NCBI GenBank assembly: GCA_043813525.1 | Contig: JBDRKY010000046.1 | Span: 13,053 to 77,052 of the forward strand | Length of the DNA stretch: 64,000 nt | Source of the DNA: Candidatus Woesearchaeota archaeon | GTDB taxonomy: Archaea > Nanobdellota > Nanobdellia > Woesearchaeales > DSVV01 | Direction of reading: 5' to 3' | Shown: positions 50,598-60,792 of the stretch, piece by piece | Layout: every line of letters starts with the position of its first letter | How positions within the stretch are numbered: position 1 is the stretch's first letter | Notes under the pieces: model-generated | Seen by the model: the letters and a program-made list of their open reading frames with translations, nothing else | Databases searched by the model: none | Told to the model about the DNA's origin: nothing | Made by a program: the position numbers and the translations under genes

Positions 50598-52002
50598 CAG
50601 TATATCCGATTGAAATTTAGGCTTTAGAATGGCTGAAACCCTATAATTCTAGCATTTTAACTCAGAAGAATAGAAAAATGCAAGGTTATATAACCTTGCA
50701 TACCTTATTTTTTGTTGACAAAAACAAAAATGAGGTGATAAACAATGAATCTTACTGAGTTAAAAAGTTTACTAATTTCAGCAAAAAATGAGTTAAATGA
50801 ACAATTAAATCTCAAAAGAAGTAAACAAATTAAATATACAGAAAAGCAATATTTTGAATTAGTCACTTTTTTGAGTTTATGGAATATTGCTGGTGAAGAT
50901 GGAAGCAAGATAATGAATCAAATTGATGATGTTCCATCTGGTGATGCGTTGATGCAACAGCTTCAAAAATTTGCTATTGATGACGTGGAATTTATGTTCA
51001 ATAATATTTATGAAAAACAATTTCTAAAACAATTTAAGAAAAAAAAGAAACATAAAGCAATAGCAATAATTGATGTTCATGAGCAGGAAACTTATAGCAA
51101 AGATAAGCGAAAATCTGATGATATTCGTGGTGGCAAGCATAAGAACGGAACTAATTTTTTCTTTAAATTTGCTACAATCCAACTTATTATCAAGAACAAA
51201 ATAATTACATTGGGTGTAAAAATTCATCGACGAGGAATACATCTTTATAATATAGTAAATGATTTAGTTAAACATGTAAAAAAGTTTGTCAAGATTAAAG
51301 TTTTGTTATTGGATAGAGGTTTTAGAGATGTTGATATTTTCAATCAACTTGAATACCTTAAAATTCCAGTTTTAATGCCATGTATTAAAGATAAAAAAAC
51401 AAGAAAACAATTTGAAAAAGCTGTAAGAAAATTTTCAGTTGTGAAGTATTATTGGAAAAATTGTCGTGGAGAATTTGCAGATTTCAAATTGTTAATGATA
51501 AAACTTGATAATGAAAAAGAGATTGGTTTTTACACAACAATGAGGTATACTTTTCTTCATTCAGTAAGATATTACCTTAATCTTTACGCTAAAAGATGGA
51601 ATATTGAAACAGGTTATCGTCTACAAAAATATTTTCTGCCAAAAACAACATGTGTAAAAGGAGTTGTACGTTATTTTTATTTTTGTTATGCTGTTGCTAT
51701 GCATAATTTATGGCATATAATTAAGATTGTCACCGACAAAGTAACATTTACAGTCACAACAATGAAATTCATTCTGGTTTACTTTTGGATTACCACACAT
51801 TTAAGTTTTGAACTGTGAATTTTATGCTAAAAAATCTTATTTTTCTTGTGTTAAAACTCTTGTTTTGATGAAAAATCATTTATTTTTGGAAATAAGATTA
51901 TCAATCACAAAGATTTTTTTGTTATTTAATAAAAAATTTTGATGTTGAACTAAAAAAATAGGAATCAAGAAGCCAAATTTGAACTTTCAAGCCGAACTAC
52001 TG
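50598..52002 (+). mobile_element. ISH3-like (IS4 superfamily) insertion sequence, about 1.4 kb
   Basis: Imperfect TIR CAGTATATCCGATTGAAA / TTTCAAGCCGAACTACTG (14/18); no target duplication seen. Confidence 0.65.
50745..51818 (+). CDS. DDE transposase (ISH3/IS4-like)
   Basis: IIDVH, LLLDRGF, YAKRWNIETGYR. Confidence 0.9.
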   Translation: MNLTELKSLLISAKNELNEQLNLKRSKQIKYTEKQYFELVTFLSLWNIAGEDGSKIMNQIDDVPSGDALMQQLQKFAIDDVEFMFNNIYEKQFLKQFKKKKKHKAIAIIDVHEQETYSKDKRKSDDIRGGKHKNGTNFFFKFATIQLIIKNKIITLGVKIHRRGIHLYNIVNDLVKHVKKFVKIKVLLLDRGFRDVDIFNQLEYLKIPVLMPCIKDKKTRKQFEKAVRKFSVVKYYWKNCRGEFADFKLLMIKLDNEKEIGFYTTMRYTFLHSVRYYLNLYAKRWNIETGYRLQKYFLPKTTCVKGVVRYFYFCYAVAMHNLWHIIKIVTDKVTFTVTTMKFILVYFWITTHLSFEL

Positions 52003-52100
52003 AAGAACATTTAGGGGCGTTGTTTATCACTGGACAATGGCCTAAAAGATTTATATAGTAGTTCATTTATTTACATTTGTATTCAAATGAGGGGTAAAAT

Positions 52101-52241
52101 ATGGCACAGAAAAATGTAACATTAAGTCTTGATGAAAATATTTACGATAATTATAAAGAATTTTGTAAAAAAAATGCAATAGCTTTATCAAGAAGTATAG
52201 AAGTTTTTATGGAAACAAAATCAAAAAAAGAGGAAAAATGA
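52101..52241 (+). CDS. Small ribbon-helix-helix protein (46 aa)
   Basis: MAQKNVTLSLDENIYDNYKEFCKKNAIALSRSIE; GAGGGG RBS; ATGA overlap with the MTase. Confidence 0.75.
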   Translation: MAQKNVTLSLDENIYDNYKEFCKKNAIALSRSIEVFMETKSKKEEK

Positions 52242-53839
52242 ATCAAGCATTAATATCAATGGGTGAAGCATCGAAATGGGCGTCAGAATATTTAGATAGA
52301 CCTGTCACTCAATCAAATATAAGTTATTTAATTCAATATGCTAAAATAAAAAAATACTATGATGAGCAAAAGAAAATAAAGATTAATCAAGATGAGTTAA
52401 AAAAGTATTATGATAAAGAAGTTGTACAAAAACAGCAACAATGGAAAAGTAAATTAGGTAAGGATTTAAATTGGGGGCTATCTTTTTCAAATTTAAGAGA
52501 AACAGATACTACAAAGCATGTTCATAGATTGCATCCCTATAAAGGAAAATTTATCCCTCAATTGGTTGAGTATTTTTTGGATTCTCATCTAAATACTTTC
52601 AAAAAACAAATATTTTTCAAGGAAGGAGATATTATTCTTGATCCTTTTATGGGAAGTGGAACAACACTCATACAATCATCAGAACTAGGTTTGCATTCAA
52701 TAGGCATAGATGTTTCAGATTTTAATTGTTTAATCTCTAAAGTGAAAATTGGAAAATATGATTTATCAAGATTGGATAAATTAGCAAGAGATATTTGTTT
52801 TAAGACAAGAGAATTTAGTCAAGATGTTTTTGATGATTCTTTCGATATGCAATTAAAAGAAAGATTGAGCGAGTTTAATAAAAATAATTTCCCAAATCCT
52901 GAATTCAAGAATAAAGTTAGAAAAGGTTTTATCAATAACGAAAAGGAATATGGAGAAGAAAAACTTAAACAATTCTTAAAAGAAAATAGAGAATTCTTTG
53001 AAGAAAATGGAACAAAAAACAAATCCAGATTATTAAATGAAAAAGATATGAACAGTTTTTTGAGTAAGTGGTTTTCAAAAAGAGTTAAACAAGAATTATT
53101 TTATTATATTAGATTTTTAGGCAAAATTGAAGATAAACAATTAAAAAATGTTTTAAGAATAATTCTAAGTAGAACTGCTCGTTCATGCAGAGCAACAAGA
53201 CACGCTGATTTGGCAACATTAAAAGAACCTCAAGTTGGACCATACTATTGTAGAAAGCATAAAAAATTATGTACCCCAATCAATTCCATTATTAAACATT
53301 TGATTAGATACACCTATGACACTACAAAAAGATTAAATGAATTTTCAGACATTAGAAAAAATGTTAATTCTGGAGTCATTCATGGAGATTCAAGAGAAGT
53401 AAACATTTTTGAAGAAATTAAAAAACAAAATCCAGAATTTTTTAAGTTATTAGAGAATAATAAAATAGCAGGGATTTTTACCTCTCCGCCTTATGTTGGA
53501 CAAATTGATTATCATGAGCAACATGCATATTCTTATGAATTATTTGATATTCCAAGAAAAGATGATAAAGAAATTGGACCTTTGTATAAGGGGCAAGGGA
53601 AACAAGCAAGAGATGAATATGTTGAAGGAATAAGTAATGTTTTAATCAATATAGGAAAATTTGTTAAAAATGATGGAGATTATTTCATAGTCGCAAATGA
53701 TAAATATAATTTGTATCCATTAATCGCAGAAAAAAGCAATTTAAAAATTGTTGATAAATTTAAAAGACCTGTTTTAAACAGAACAGAAAAAGATAGACAA
53801 CCTTATGCTGAAATAATATTTTATATGAAGAAAAAATGA
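52238..53839 (+). CDS. DNA methyltransferase (N4-cytosine type), with N-terminal extension
   Basis: HPYKGKFIPQL, DPFMGSGTT, TSPPY. Confidence 0.92.
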   Translation: MNQALISMGEASKWASEYLDRPVTQSNISYLIQYAKIKKYYDEQKKIKINQDELKKYYDKEVVQKQQQWKSKLGKDLNWGLSFSNLRETDTTKHVHRLHPYKGKFIPQLVEYFLDSHLNTFKKQIFFKEGDIILDPFMGSGTTLIQSSELGLHSIGIDVSDFNCLISKVKIGKYDLSRLDKLARDICFKTREFSQDVFDDSFDMQLKERLSEFNKNNFPNPEFKNKVRKGFINNEKEYGEEKLKQFLKENREFFEENGTKNKSRLLNEKDMNSFLSKWFSKRVKQELFYYIRFLGKIEDKQLKNVLRIILSRTARSCRATRHADLATLKEPQVGPYYCRKHKKLCTPINSIIKHLIRYTYDTTKRLNEFSDIRKNVNSGVIHGDSREVNIFEEIKKQNPEFFKLLENNKIAGIFTSPPYVGQIDYHEQHAYSYELFDIPRKDDKEIGPLYKGQGKQARDEYVEGISNVLINIGKFVKNDGDYFIVANDKYNLYPLIAEKSNLKIVDKFKRPVLNRTEKDRQPYAEIIFYMKKK

Positions 53840-54327
53840 CAGATAGAGAACATCTTCCAGCAGAACTAAAAAGAAAAATATTGGTAGAGGCAGGACATTG
53901 CTGTGCTATACCTTCATGTAGATTTCTTACAACAGAAATAGCTCATATTGAACCCTATGAGAAGGTCAAATAACACAAGTATGAAAATCTAATAGCTATA
54001 TGCCCAAATTGCCATACAAGAGCAGACAAGAAAGAAATTGATAGAAAATCGTTGAAAATATATAAAAGAATCTTACAACGATTAACTGATAAATATGACA
54101 GATTTGAACTAAATGTCTTAAGTGAATTGCATCATGGAAGAAATGTAATTATGGCTGGAAATATGCTTCTACTCATAAAGAACCTATTGGATGAAAATCT
54201 TGTAAATGTAAATGGTGGCGGGGTTATTATTGAGGGGATTCCAAGTAATGTCAGAGTATCATTAACACAAATAGGTGATCAATTTATACGGGAATGGATT
54301 TCTGCAAAAGAGGAATTAACTTATTAA
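53836..54327 (+). pseudogene. HNH endonuclease with premature stop
   Basis: EAGHCCAIPSC...EIAHI...*HKYENLIAICPNCH; in-frame TAA 53971-53973. Confidence 0.85.
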
Positions 54328-54333
54328 GAAAAT

Positions 54334-55107
54334 TTAAACATCCATTTTTTCTTCGGCAACTTCTTTAATTTTAGTTTGTATTTTTTCCTTAAACTCTTTT
54401 CCCACTTCATCAAAAATATCAAGAATCTCTTTATATGTTCCTTCTCCACCCAATAACTTCCAGAATTTTTCAGCAACATAAAGCTCTTTTTCTTCATCCA
54501 AATAACCTTGCATTGTAAATCTGCTATATGATTCTGGGTGGTAAGGATTGTAAGGAATTGCTAAGATTGTATTTACTTTCTTTTTTCTAAGTGCTACCCA
54601 TTCCAACAATTTTTGTTTTGATTTGACAAAAACATCTATATTTGGTTTGGCTGTTTTTATTTCAATATAATACTCATCATTTCCTTTTTTTAGAAATAAA
54701 TCTGCTCTAATTTTTATTTTTCTTCCGCCATTATTATTACACTTTAAAATTTCACTAATTTCCTGTTCTTCATTCGCTTTCCTAGTTCCATTTTTTATTT
54801 CCTGTAGAATTTGAGATATTACTGTATTTTCTTCGTTTGTAATTTCCCCTTCAACATCATAGCCCGTTTTAACTTCATCATAACTTGTTAATGCTACAAT
54901 TTCAGAGATTTTTTCATAAATTGACATTCCTAAGGTTGTAGCTAATGAATGGATGAAAGAATATGCAGCTACTTTTTCAGAATCTTGCATAAGTTTTGCT
55001 AAAAAAGGCATAGATGTTGTTTCTCTTGCATACTTGGATAGTTTGTCATTTAGTTTAGTTCTTAATAATTCCTTGATTTTCTCTACTTGTTCTTTATTCA
55101 GTGCCAT
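54334..55107 (-). CDS. Type II restriction endonuclease (TdeIII/MjaII-like family)
   Basis: SFIHSLATTLG.SIYE, ADLF..YIEIKTAKPN, AIPYNPY; convergent with the MTase. Confidence 0.82.
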   Translation of the reverse strand: MALNKEQVEKIKELLRTKLNDKLSKYARETTSMPFLAKLMQDSEKVAAYSFIHSLATTLGMSIYEKISEIVALTSYDEVKTGYDVEGEITNEENTVISQILQEIKNGTRKANEEQEISEILKCNNNGGRKIKIRADLFLKKGNDEYYIEIKTAKPNIDVFVKSKQKLLEWVALRKKKVNTILAIPYNPYHPESYSRFTMQGYLDEEKELYVAEKFWKLLGGEGTYKEILDIFDEVGKEFKEKIQTKIKEVAEEKMDV

Positions 55108-55152
55108 ATTTAAATAAAGATAGACTTTCATATATAAATGTTCTTCTGTTTT

Positions 55153-55482
55153 GTACATGCATAGCTCCTTTTAAGGATATTGTTACTGCCTTTAAATTTA
55201 TAGTAGGGACTTATCAGCTTGCTGATATTCGGAACGGAAATCCTACTTAGCTTAGCAGCAAGAGCTTTTGTGCTGCCAATCTTCAGCATCGAAAACTTGA
55301 TTAAATCTTTGTTAGCAAGTCTGCAAAATTATTTATTTGTTTTCGATGCCGAATACAACCAAGTTTGAAATGTGCTGAAGATAACAAGAAGGCAGCACAA
55401 AAGCTCTCAGCTCAGAAGGTTGTAGGATTTCCGTCCCTACTATTGGCAGTAACAATATCCCAGTTAGGAGCTATGCATGTAC
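55153..55482. mobile_element. MITE family 1-related copy D (330 bp, nested palindrome)
   Basis: 17-bp perfect TIR GTACATGCATAGCTCCT; 8-bp duplication TCTGTTTT (55145-55152, 55483-55490); seven nested stems. Confidence 0.88.
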
Positions 55483-55641
55483 TCTGTTTTTGTTTTTTAA
55501 GGCACCCCTAATAAAATTTCTTTTTCGTAGAAAAAGACAATATGTGCGAAGCACTGACGCCCCTTCTTATAAATTCTTTTACGAAGTAGGCACAGTATCA
55601 AATTCTCGTGAAATATAAATAGTAGTAGTCATCTTGTTTTA

Positions 55642-55950
55642 GTATGTAGAAAGTCTCTTAATAAGGAATATTATTGCAGCCAGTTTTCATCATGGAAATC
55701 AAAAACTCAATCGTCACAATGGGTGGGGTATGTTTTTTGACATAAACTGATAAGATTGGGTTTTTGGTTAGTAGAATTTACCCATTATTATTGAGTTTAC
55801 CCAATTACCCTGAGGGATGGGGTAAATTCTAGTAAATCTTACAATTAAAATCATAAGGGAGCTCCATACCTTAATGTCTCACGACCTGTATTGTGATAAA
55901 AACAAACATAAGGCAGCAATAATATTCTAAAAAGGAGACTTTCTACATAC
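55642..55950. mobile_element. MITE family 1, copy C (309 bp)
   Basis: 16-bp perfect TIR GTATGTAGAAAGTCTC; about 50 and 65 terminal nt shared with copy B, different interior. Confidence 0.85.
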
Positions 55951-55998
55951 AAAAATTAGACATATTTATATATATATATATACATAATAAAATAAATC

Positions 55999-57333
55999 AT
56001 GCTAAAAGAAGCTATATTTATACTCAAAAGACGTCTAAAAGGTAGAAAAGCTATCAAAAAATACAAAGGCAGCCATGCAAAAATATGCAGACAAATAATA
56101 AATTCTTGTTTCAATGGACTCTTTTTTCAGATAAGTACAGGCAATTTTGCTAATTTTTATATCCGTGATTTTGGGATGTGTGTAAGATCACTGCTAAAAT
56201 TAGGGTATAAAGATGAAGTATACAAAACATTAACTTTCGCATTGAGCAATTATGCTGAACATGGCAAGGTAACAACAACAATAACACCTGTCATATCTGT
56301 TTTCAAAGCCAATATTATGACAGATAAAAGCTATCAGAAAAATGCAGCCAATAAAAAGATCTCAGAAAAAGATTATTATGACTTCATTTGGGGAAGAAAT
56401 GAACATAATCATTGCAGAGATTTCTTTGATATTGCTCCTGACAGCCTTGCATTTCTGCTATATTCACTTAGGATATCCCAGTCAAAAGCTTTGGTTTCAG
56501 CATATAAGCCTTTTTTGAAAAGAGAGCTCAATAGATATTTTGAGATTATTGTTGATAAAGAAACAGGTTTAGTAAAAAACATTAATAATATCAGGAAAAA
56601 TAGCAAAAATAAAGGGATTTATTTCTCGTCTATAAAAGATCATGCAATAAGAAACAGCAGCTGTTATGATAATTGTATGTTAGGGATGATAAGTGCTGAA
56701 GCTAAAAAATTAAAGCTATTTGATCAAGAGACTGAAAACCCTTTTGCTAAATTTAATTATACAGAACTTATAAAAAAATATTTTTGGGATGTGAAAAAAA
56801 ATAGATATGGTTATTTCAAAGATGACTTAAACAACAATGTTCCAACAGGAGATGCAAATGTCTTTCCATACTGGTGCGGAATATTTGGTATTAAAGGGAA
56901 AAACATGTCTGAAGAGATTAAGATGTTAAATCAGTCTGTTAAAGCTATACAAAATAATGGATTAGACAAACCATTCCCGCTTAAATATTCACAGCATAAC
57001 CCGAATAGGTATGGAAATTTTCTATTTTTGCCGTCTTTATTCGCTCCAAACTATGAAGGAAATGCAGTCTGGATGCATCTTGGCCTATGTTATCTTGATG
57101 TCATCGCAGATGCAGCAGAAAATATGAAAAATAAAAAAGAAAAAATATATTACAAAAAGCTTTTAAAAAAATATTTAAATCAATATACAAAGCAGATAAA
57201 CATATATAATAATTTCCTTGAAGTATATAGTGTTGATAAGCAAGATAAGCAGGCAAAACCATACACATCATTGTTTTATCTATGTGATGATTCAATGCTA
57301 TGGTGCTGTAAGTATCTGGAAATGATAAAATAA
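55999..57333 (+). CDS. Six-hairpin glycosidase-like protein
   Basis: FYIRDFG, YEGNAVWMHL, FLEVY motifs. Confidence 0.6.
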   Translation: MLKEAIFILKRRLKGRKAIKKYKGSHAKICRQIINSCFNGLFFQISTGNFANFYIRDFGMCVRSLLKLGYKDEVYKTLTFALSNYAEHGKVTTTITPVISVFKANIMTDKSYQKNAANKKISEKDYYDFIWGRNEHNHCRDFFDIAPDSLAFLLYSLRISQSKALVSAYKPFLKRELNRYFEIIVDKETGLVKNINNIRKNSKNKGIYFSSIKDHAIRNSSCYDNCMLGMISAEAKKLKLFDQETENPFAKFNYTELIKKYFWDVKKNRYGYFKDDLNNNVPTGDANVFPYWCGIFGIKGKNMSEEIKMLNQSVKAIQNNGLDKPFPLKYSQHNPNRYGNFLFLPSLFAPNYEGNAVWMHLGLCYLDVIADAAENMKNKKEKIYYKKLLKKYLNQYTKQINIYNNFLEVYSVDKQDKQAKPYTSLFYLCDDSMLWCCKYLEMIK

Positions 57334-57349
57334 TCTATAATAAAAGAAA

Positions 57350-58204
57350 ATGAAAACAACAGATCCTGAAAGAAAATATTTCACGACAAAACAGGGCTAT
57401 AAGATATTCTACCTGATAAAAAGATTCAATAACAGCAAGCCATTCATATATTTCCAGCACGGATTGACAGGCAATCATACTGTATGGAAAGGGCATATGG
57501 ATTATATGATTGAGCATAAGCAGCCTTTCATAATAATTGATCTTCTCGGACATGGATTATCACAGAAAGCTATTGGAAAAGACTGTTATTCTGTGAAAAA
57601 CTATGGAGATTATCTCCTACAGGTATTAGAGCATGAGAAGATAAAGGATTACTTCATGATAGGTCAATGTTTTGGCGGGATGATTGGTCTGTATAATGAG
57701 ATCCATAGGAAAACAAAGTCAAAAGCATTAGTGCTCATAGGTGTTCCTTTAAGAAATCCTGCAAAACATTTTGTGCATAGATGGGCAGAGCCATTCAGCC
57801 CTCTGCTGAGAGTCATCCTTACTTACATCCCTGTCACATTAGGCTGGTTATTCGGCAGGAAAAGATATCCTCTGATCAATTACAATAACCATACCAAAAG
57901 AGGCAGAATCTCTATTTTTCTTTTGGACATGATCGGCACTCCAAAAATAGCATATGGCTGGACACTTTACAGCATGTCTTACACAAATCTTGCTCCGCAC
58001 CTGAAAAAAGTGAAAAAACCTGTCATGTTAGTATATGGTGAAGGTGACCTTAAATGGATGAAAGAACCTTATGCACAGATGAAAGAAGCATTTGACAATC
58101 CAAAAACAGTAATACTTAAAAATGTAGACCACCTAGTGACTATGAGAGCACCAATCCAGCTGAGCAAAGAGATAATTAAGTTTATGAAAGAGATTAAGAA
58201 ATGA
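57350..58204 (+). CDS. Alpha/beta hydrolase
   Basis: FQHGLTG, DLLGHGLS, GQCFGG, YGEGD, DH. Confidence 0.85.
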   Translation: MKTTDPERKYFTTKQGYKIFYLIKRFNNSKPFIYFQHGLTGNHTVWKGHMDYMIEHKQPFIIIDLLGHGLSQKAIGKDCYSVKNYGDYLLQVLEHEKIKDYFMIGQCFGGMIGLYNEIHRKTKSKALVLIGVPLRNPAKHFVHRWAEPFSPLLRVILTYIPVTLGWLFGRKRYPLINYNNHTKRGRISIFLLDMIGTPKIAYGWTLYSMSYTNLAPHLKKVKKPVMLVYGEGDLKWMKEPYAQMKEAFDNPKTVILKNVDHLVTMRAPIQLSKEIIKFMKEIKK

Positions 58205-58920
58205 TTTCAATAATAATCCCAACATTGAATGAAGAAAAGTACATCAATAAACTTTTGAGCAGCCTGAAGAATCAGTTCTATAAGAATTTTGAGGTCATTG
58301 TTGTTGATGCCGGCTCTACAGATGAGACTGAAAAGGTTGTGAACAAATTCAAACATAGATTCAAGAGACTGGATTTCGTAATGTTAGGTGAGAAAAATGT
58401 ATCTAAACAGAGGAATATTGGAGCAAGGGTCTCTGTTGGCGAGATTCTTGTGTTTCTTGATGCAGATATTATAGTCTATGACCAGCATTTCCTCTCTAAT
58501 ATCGTCAAGATATTCAGGTATAAGAAAAAATGTGGAGGCATAATGACTTATGTATATGTTGATCCTAAAGAAGAGATATTGATAGACAAGATATTCCATA
58601 CTATTAATAATTCTTGGTTAAGTATCCTGAACACAATAGGTTTCCCAATCATGAGAGGGGGATCAATGGTAGTGAAAAAAGAATATTTTGATAAGATCAA
58701 AGGTTTTAATGAGAATATGTATGTTGCTGAAGACATTGATTTCTCTAAGAGATTAAGAAGTGCTGCAAAAGTAAGGAATAGCAGGCTTATTGTTTCTGAA
58801 TCAGCCAGAAGATATCGCAGAGATGGCTACATCAAATTATGGTGGCAATGGACTGTGAATGGCATATGGTGTTTCTTGTTTGGTAAATCTTATCTTAAAA
58901 AATGGAATCCAGTGAGGTAA
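58201..58920 (+). CDS. GT2 glycosyltransferase
   Basis: SIIIPTLNEE, VVDAGSTD, FLDAD, AEDID, SARR. Confidence 0.92.
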   Translation: MISIIIPTLNEEKYINKLLSSLKNQFYKNFEVIVVDAGSTDETEKVVNKFKHRFKRLDFVMLGEKNVSKQRNIGARVSVGEILVFLDADIIVYDQHFLSNIVKIFRYKKKCGGIMTYVYVDPKEEILIDKIFHTINNSWLSILNTIGFPIMRGGSMVVKKEYFDKIKGFNENMYVAEDIDFSKRLRSAAKVRNSRLIVSESARRYRRDGYIKLWWQWTVNGIWCFLFGKSYLKKWNPVR

Positions 58921-58956
58921 TTAGTTAGTCGTATCTCTAACAAATTTATAAAAAAG

Positions 58957-60060
58957 ATGGCAAAAATATTATATGCGTTATCAGGTGAGGGTTATGGGCA
59001 TGCAACAAGAACCAAAGTGATTCTTGATGCTTTATCTAAATTTAATAAGTTAAATGATAATAATAATAAATCAGATAATCATGAGATAAAAATAATCTGC
59101 GGCGGAAAAGCTTACCAATATCTTTCTGAACATTATAAGGATATAATAAAGATACAATCAATGCATATAAAATATAAGAACAATAAGGTAAGTGGTCTTG
59201 GCACTTTTCTTCTTAACCTGAAAACATTGCCTGAACAAGTCAATTCATATTTTATAATTAAGAAAGCTATAAAATCTTTCAGACCAGATGTGATAATAAA
59301 TGATTTTGAGAATCTAAGCGCATATGCTGCTATGTTCAATAATATACCATTGATATCAATTGGAAATCATCATGTGATATCAAATGCAGAGCATAAAATA
59401 AGCCAAAAATATTTATGGGTATTATTCAAATCACTTGTTGTCATAAGATATTTTAACCCTAAAATAGATTATCATTATATCACTTCATTTTTTTTTCCAA
59501 AATTTAAAAATAAATATTCATCTAATTCTGGGTATTTGCCAATATTAATAAGAGAGGATATTAAAAAATTAAAGCCAACTATTAAGAAAAATCATGTTCT
59601 CGTATACCAAACATCAAAAACAAATCAAAAGTTATTTGATGTACTGAAAAAATTCAAAAAAATATTTATAATATATGGGTTTAATATTGATAAAGAAGAA
59701 GGTAATCTTCAATTCAAACAATTTAATGAGAAAGAGTTTTATAATGATCTTTCTGGGTGTGAAGCTGTCATTGCAAATGGAGGATATAGTTTGATGAGTG
59801 AAGCATTATATCTGAAAAAGCCTTATCTGGCAGAACCTATCAAAGAACAATTTGAACAGATATTGAATGCAATTTATCTTCAGAAAAAAGGGTATGGAAT
59901 GTTTGTTGAAAATCTGGATGAAAGACATATTAAAGAATTCTTTCTAAGATTAGATAAATACAGAAAGAATATGAATATGATAGATAATAAAAAGATTGAC
60001 AAAGAATTTTATGATTCAATCAAAAGGATTAATATGAAGATTAGAGAGTTAAGTCGATGA
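58957..60060 (+). CDS. GT-B glycosyltransferase (MJ1255-like)
   Basis: GEGYGHATR, PDVIINDFE, NGGYSLMSEAL..KP, QFEQILNA. Confidence 0.85.
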   Translation: MAKILYALSGEGYGHATRTKVILDALSKFNKLNDNNNKSDNHEIKIICGGKAYQYLSEHYKDIIKIQSMHIKYKNNKVSGLGTFLLNLKTLPEQVNSYFIIKKAIKSFRPDVIINDFENLSAYAAMFNNIPLISIGNHHVISNAEHKISQKYLWVLFKSLVVIRYFNPKIDYHYITSFFFPKFKNKYSSNSGYLPILIREDIKKLKPTIKKNHVLVYQTSKTNQKLFDVLKKFKKIFIIYGFNIDKEEGNLQFKQFNEKEFYNDLSGCEAVIANGGYSLMSEALYLKKPYLAEPIKEQFEQILNAIYLQKKGYGMFVENLDERHIKEFFLRLDKYRKNMNMIDNKKIDKEFYDSIKRINMKIRELSR

Positions 60061-60108
60061 AATAATGAATTAATTGTGATAAGGTAATGAAAAACACAAG
60101 GTGATAAA

Positions 60109-60768
60109 ATGATACTGATATTATTGGGGCCTCCTGGCTCAGGAAAAGGTACACAGGCAAAGATGCTGATGGAAAAATATGGAATTCCACAGATATCAAC
60201 TGGTGATATATTGAGAGCAGAGGCTGCAAAAGGCAGTGAACTTGGCAGAAAAGCTAAAGAGATAATGGATTCTGGAAAACTTGTCAGTGATGAGATCATA
60301 TTAGACATAATCGAAAAAAGAATCAATGAAGATGACTGCAAGAAAGGCTTTATCCTTGATGGTTTTCCAAGGACAATTGTGCAGGCAGATGGATTAAAAA
60401 AACTATTAGGCAGGAATAAGCTAAAGCTTGATAAAGTCATCAATGTCAATGTAAAGGACAATATTGTCGTGGAAAGAATATCCGGAAGATGGACATGCAA
60501 AGAGTGTGAGGCAATTTTCAACACATTTACAAACCCGCCAAAAAAAAAAGGAATATGTAATCAATGCAAAGGCGAGCTTTATCAGAGAGAAGACCAAAAA
60601 GAAAATGTTGTCAAAGACAGGCTGAAAGTGTACAGAGAACAGACAAAGCCATTGATTGATTATTACAAGAACAATGATACTTATAAAAAAGCAGGTGTTT
60701 TTGCTGAGATTAACGGCTCACTTGTGATTAAAAAAGTGTTTGAAACCATTGTAAAAGTTTTAGACTGA
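60109..60768 (+). CDS. adk: Adenylate kinase (long form with zinc lid)
   Basis: GPPGSGKGTQA, ISTGDILR, GFILDGFPRT, CKEC..CNQC, QRED. Confidence 0.96.
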   Translation: MILILLGPPGSGKGTQAKMLMEKYGIPQISTGDILRAEAAKGSELGRKAKEIMDSGKLVSDEIILDIIEKRINEDDCKKGFILDGFPRTIVQADGLKKLLGRNKLKLDKVINVNVKDNIVVERISGRWTCKECEAIFNTFTNPPKKKGICNQCKGELYQREDQKENVVKDRLKVYREQTKPLIDYYKNNDTYKKAGVFAEINGSLVIKKVFETIVKVLD

Positions 60769-60792
60769 TTTTTTTATCTCTTATTCTTGCAA

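Noticed and set aside
26707..53973. Several in-frame TAA codons inside otherwise plausible genes (26707, 33988, 34054, 53971), suggesting stop-codon recoding
   Set aside because: TAA terminates many conserved core genes here (e.g. rpl12, spt4, rps24e). The affected genes are accessory remnants, so ordinary nonsense decay is simpler.
52011..55510. TAGGGGCG / CACCCCTA as possible inverted ends around the R-M locus
   Set aside because: Match is only about 7 nt with no flanking duplication; compatible with chance.
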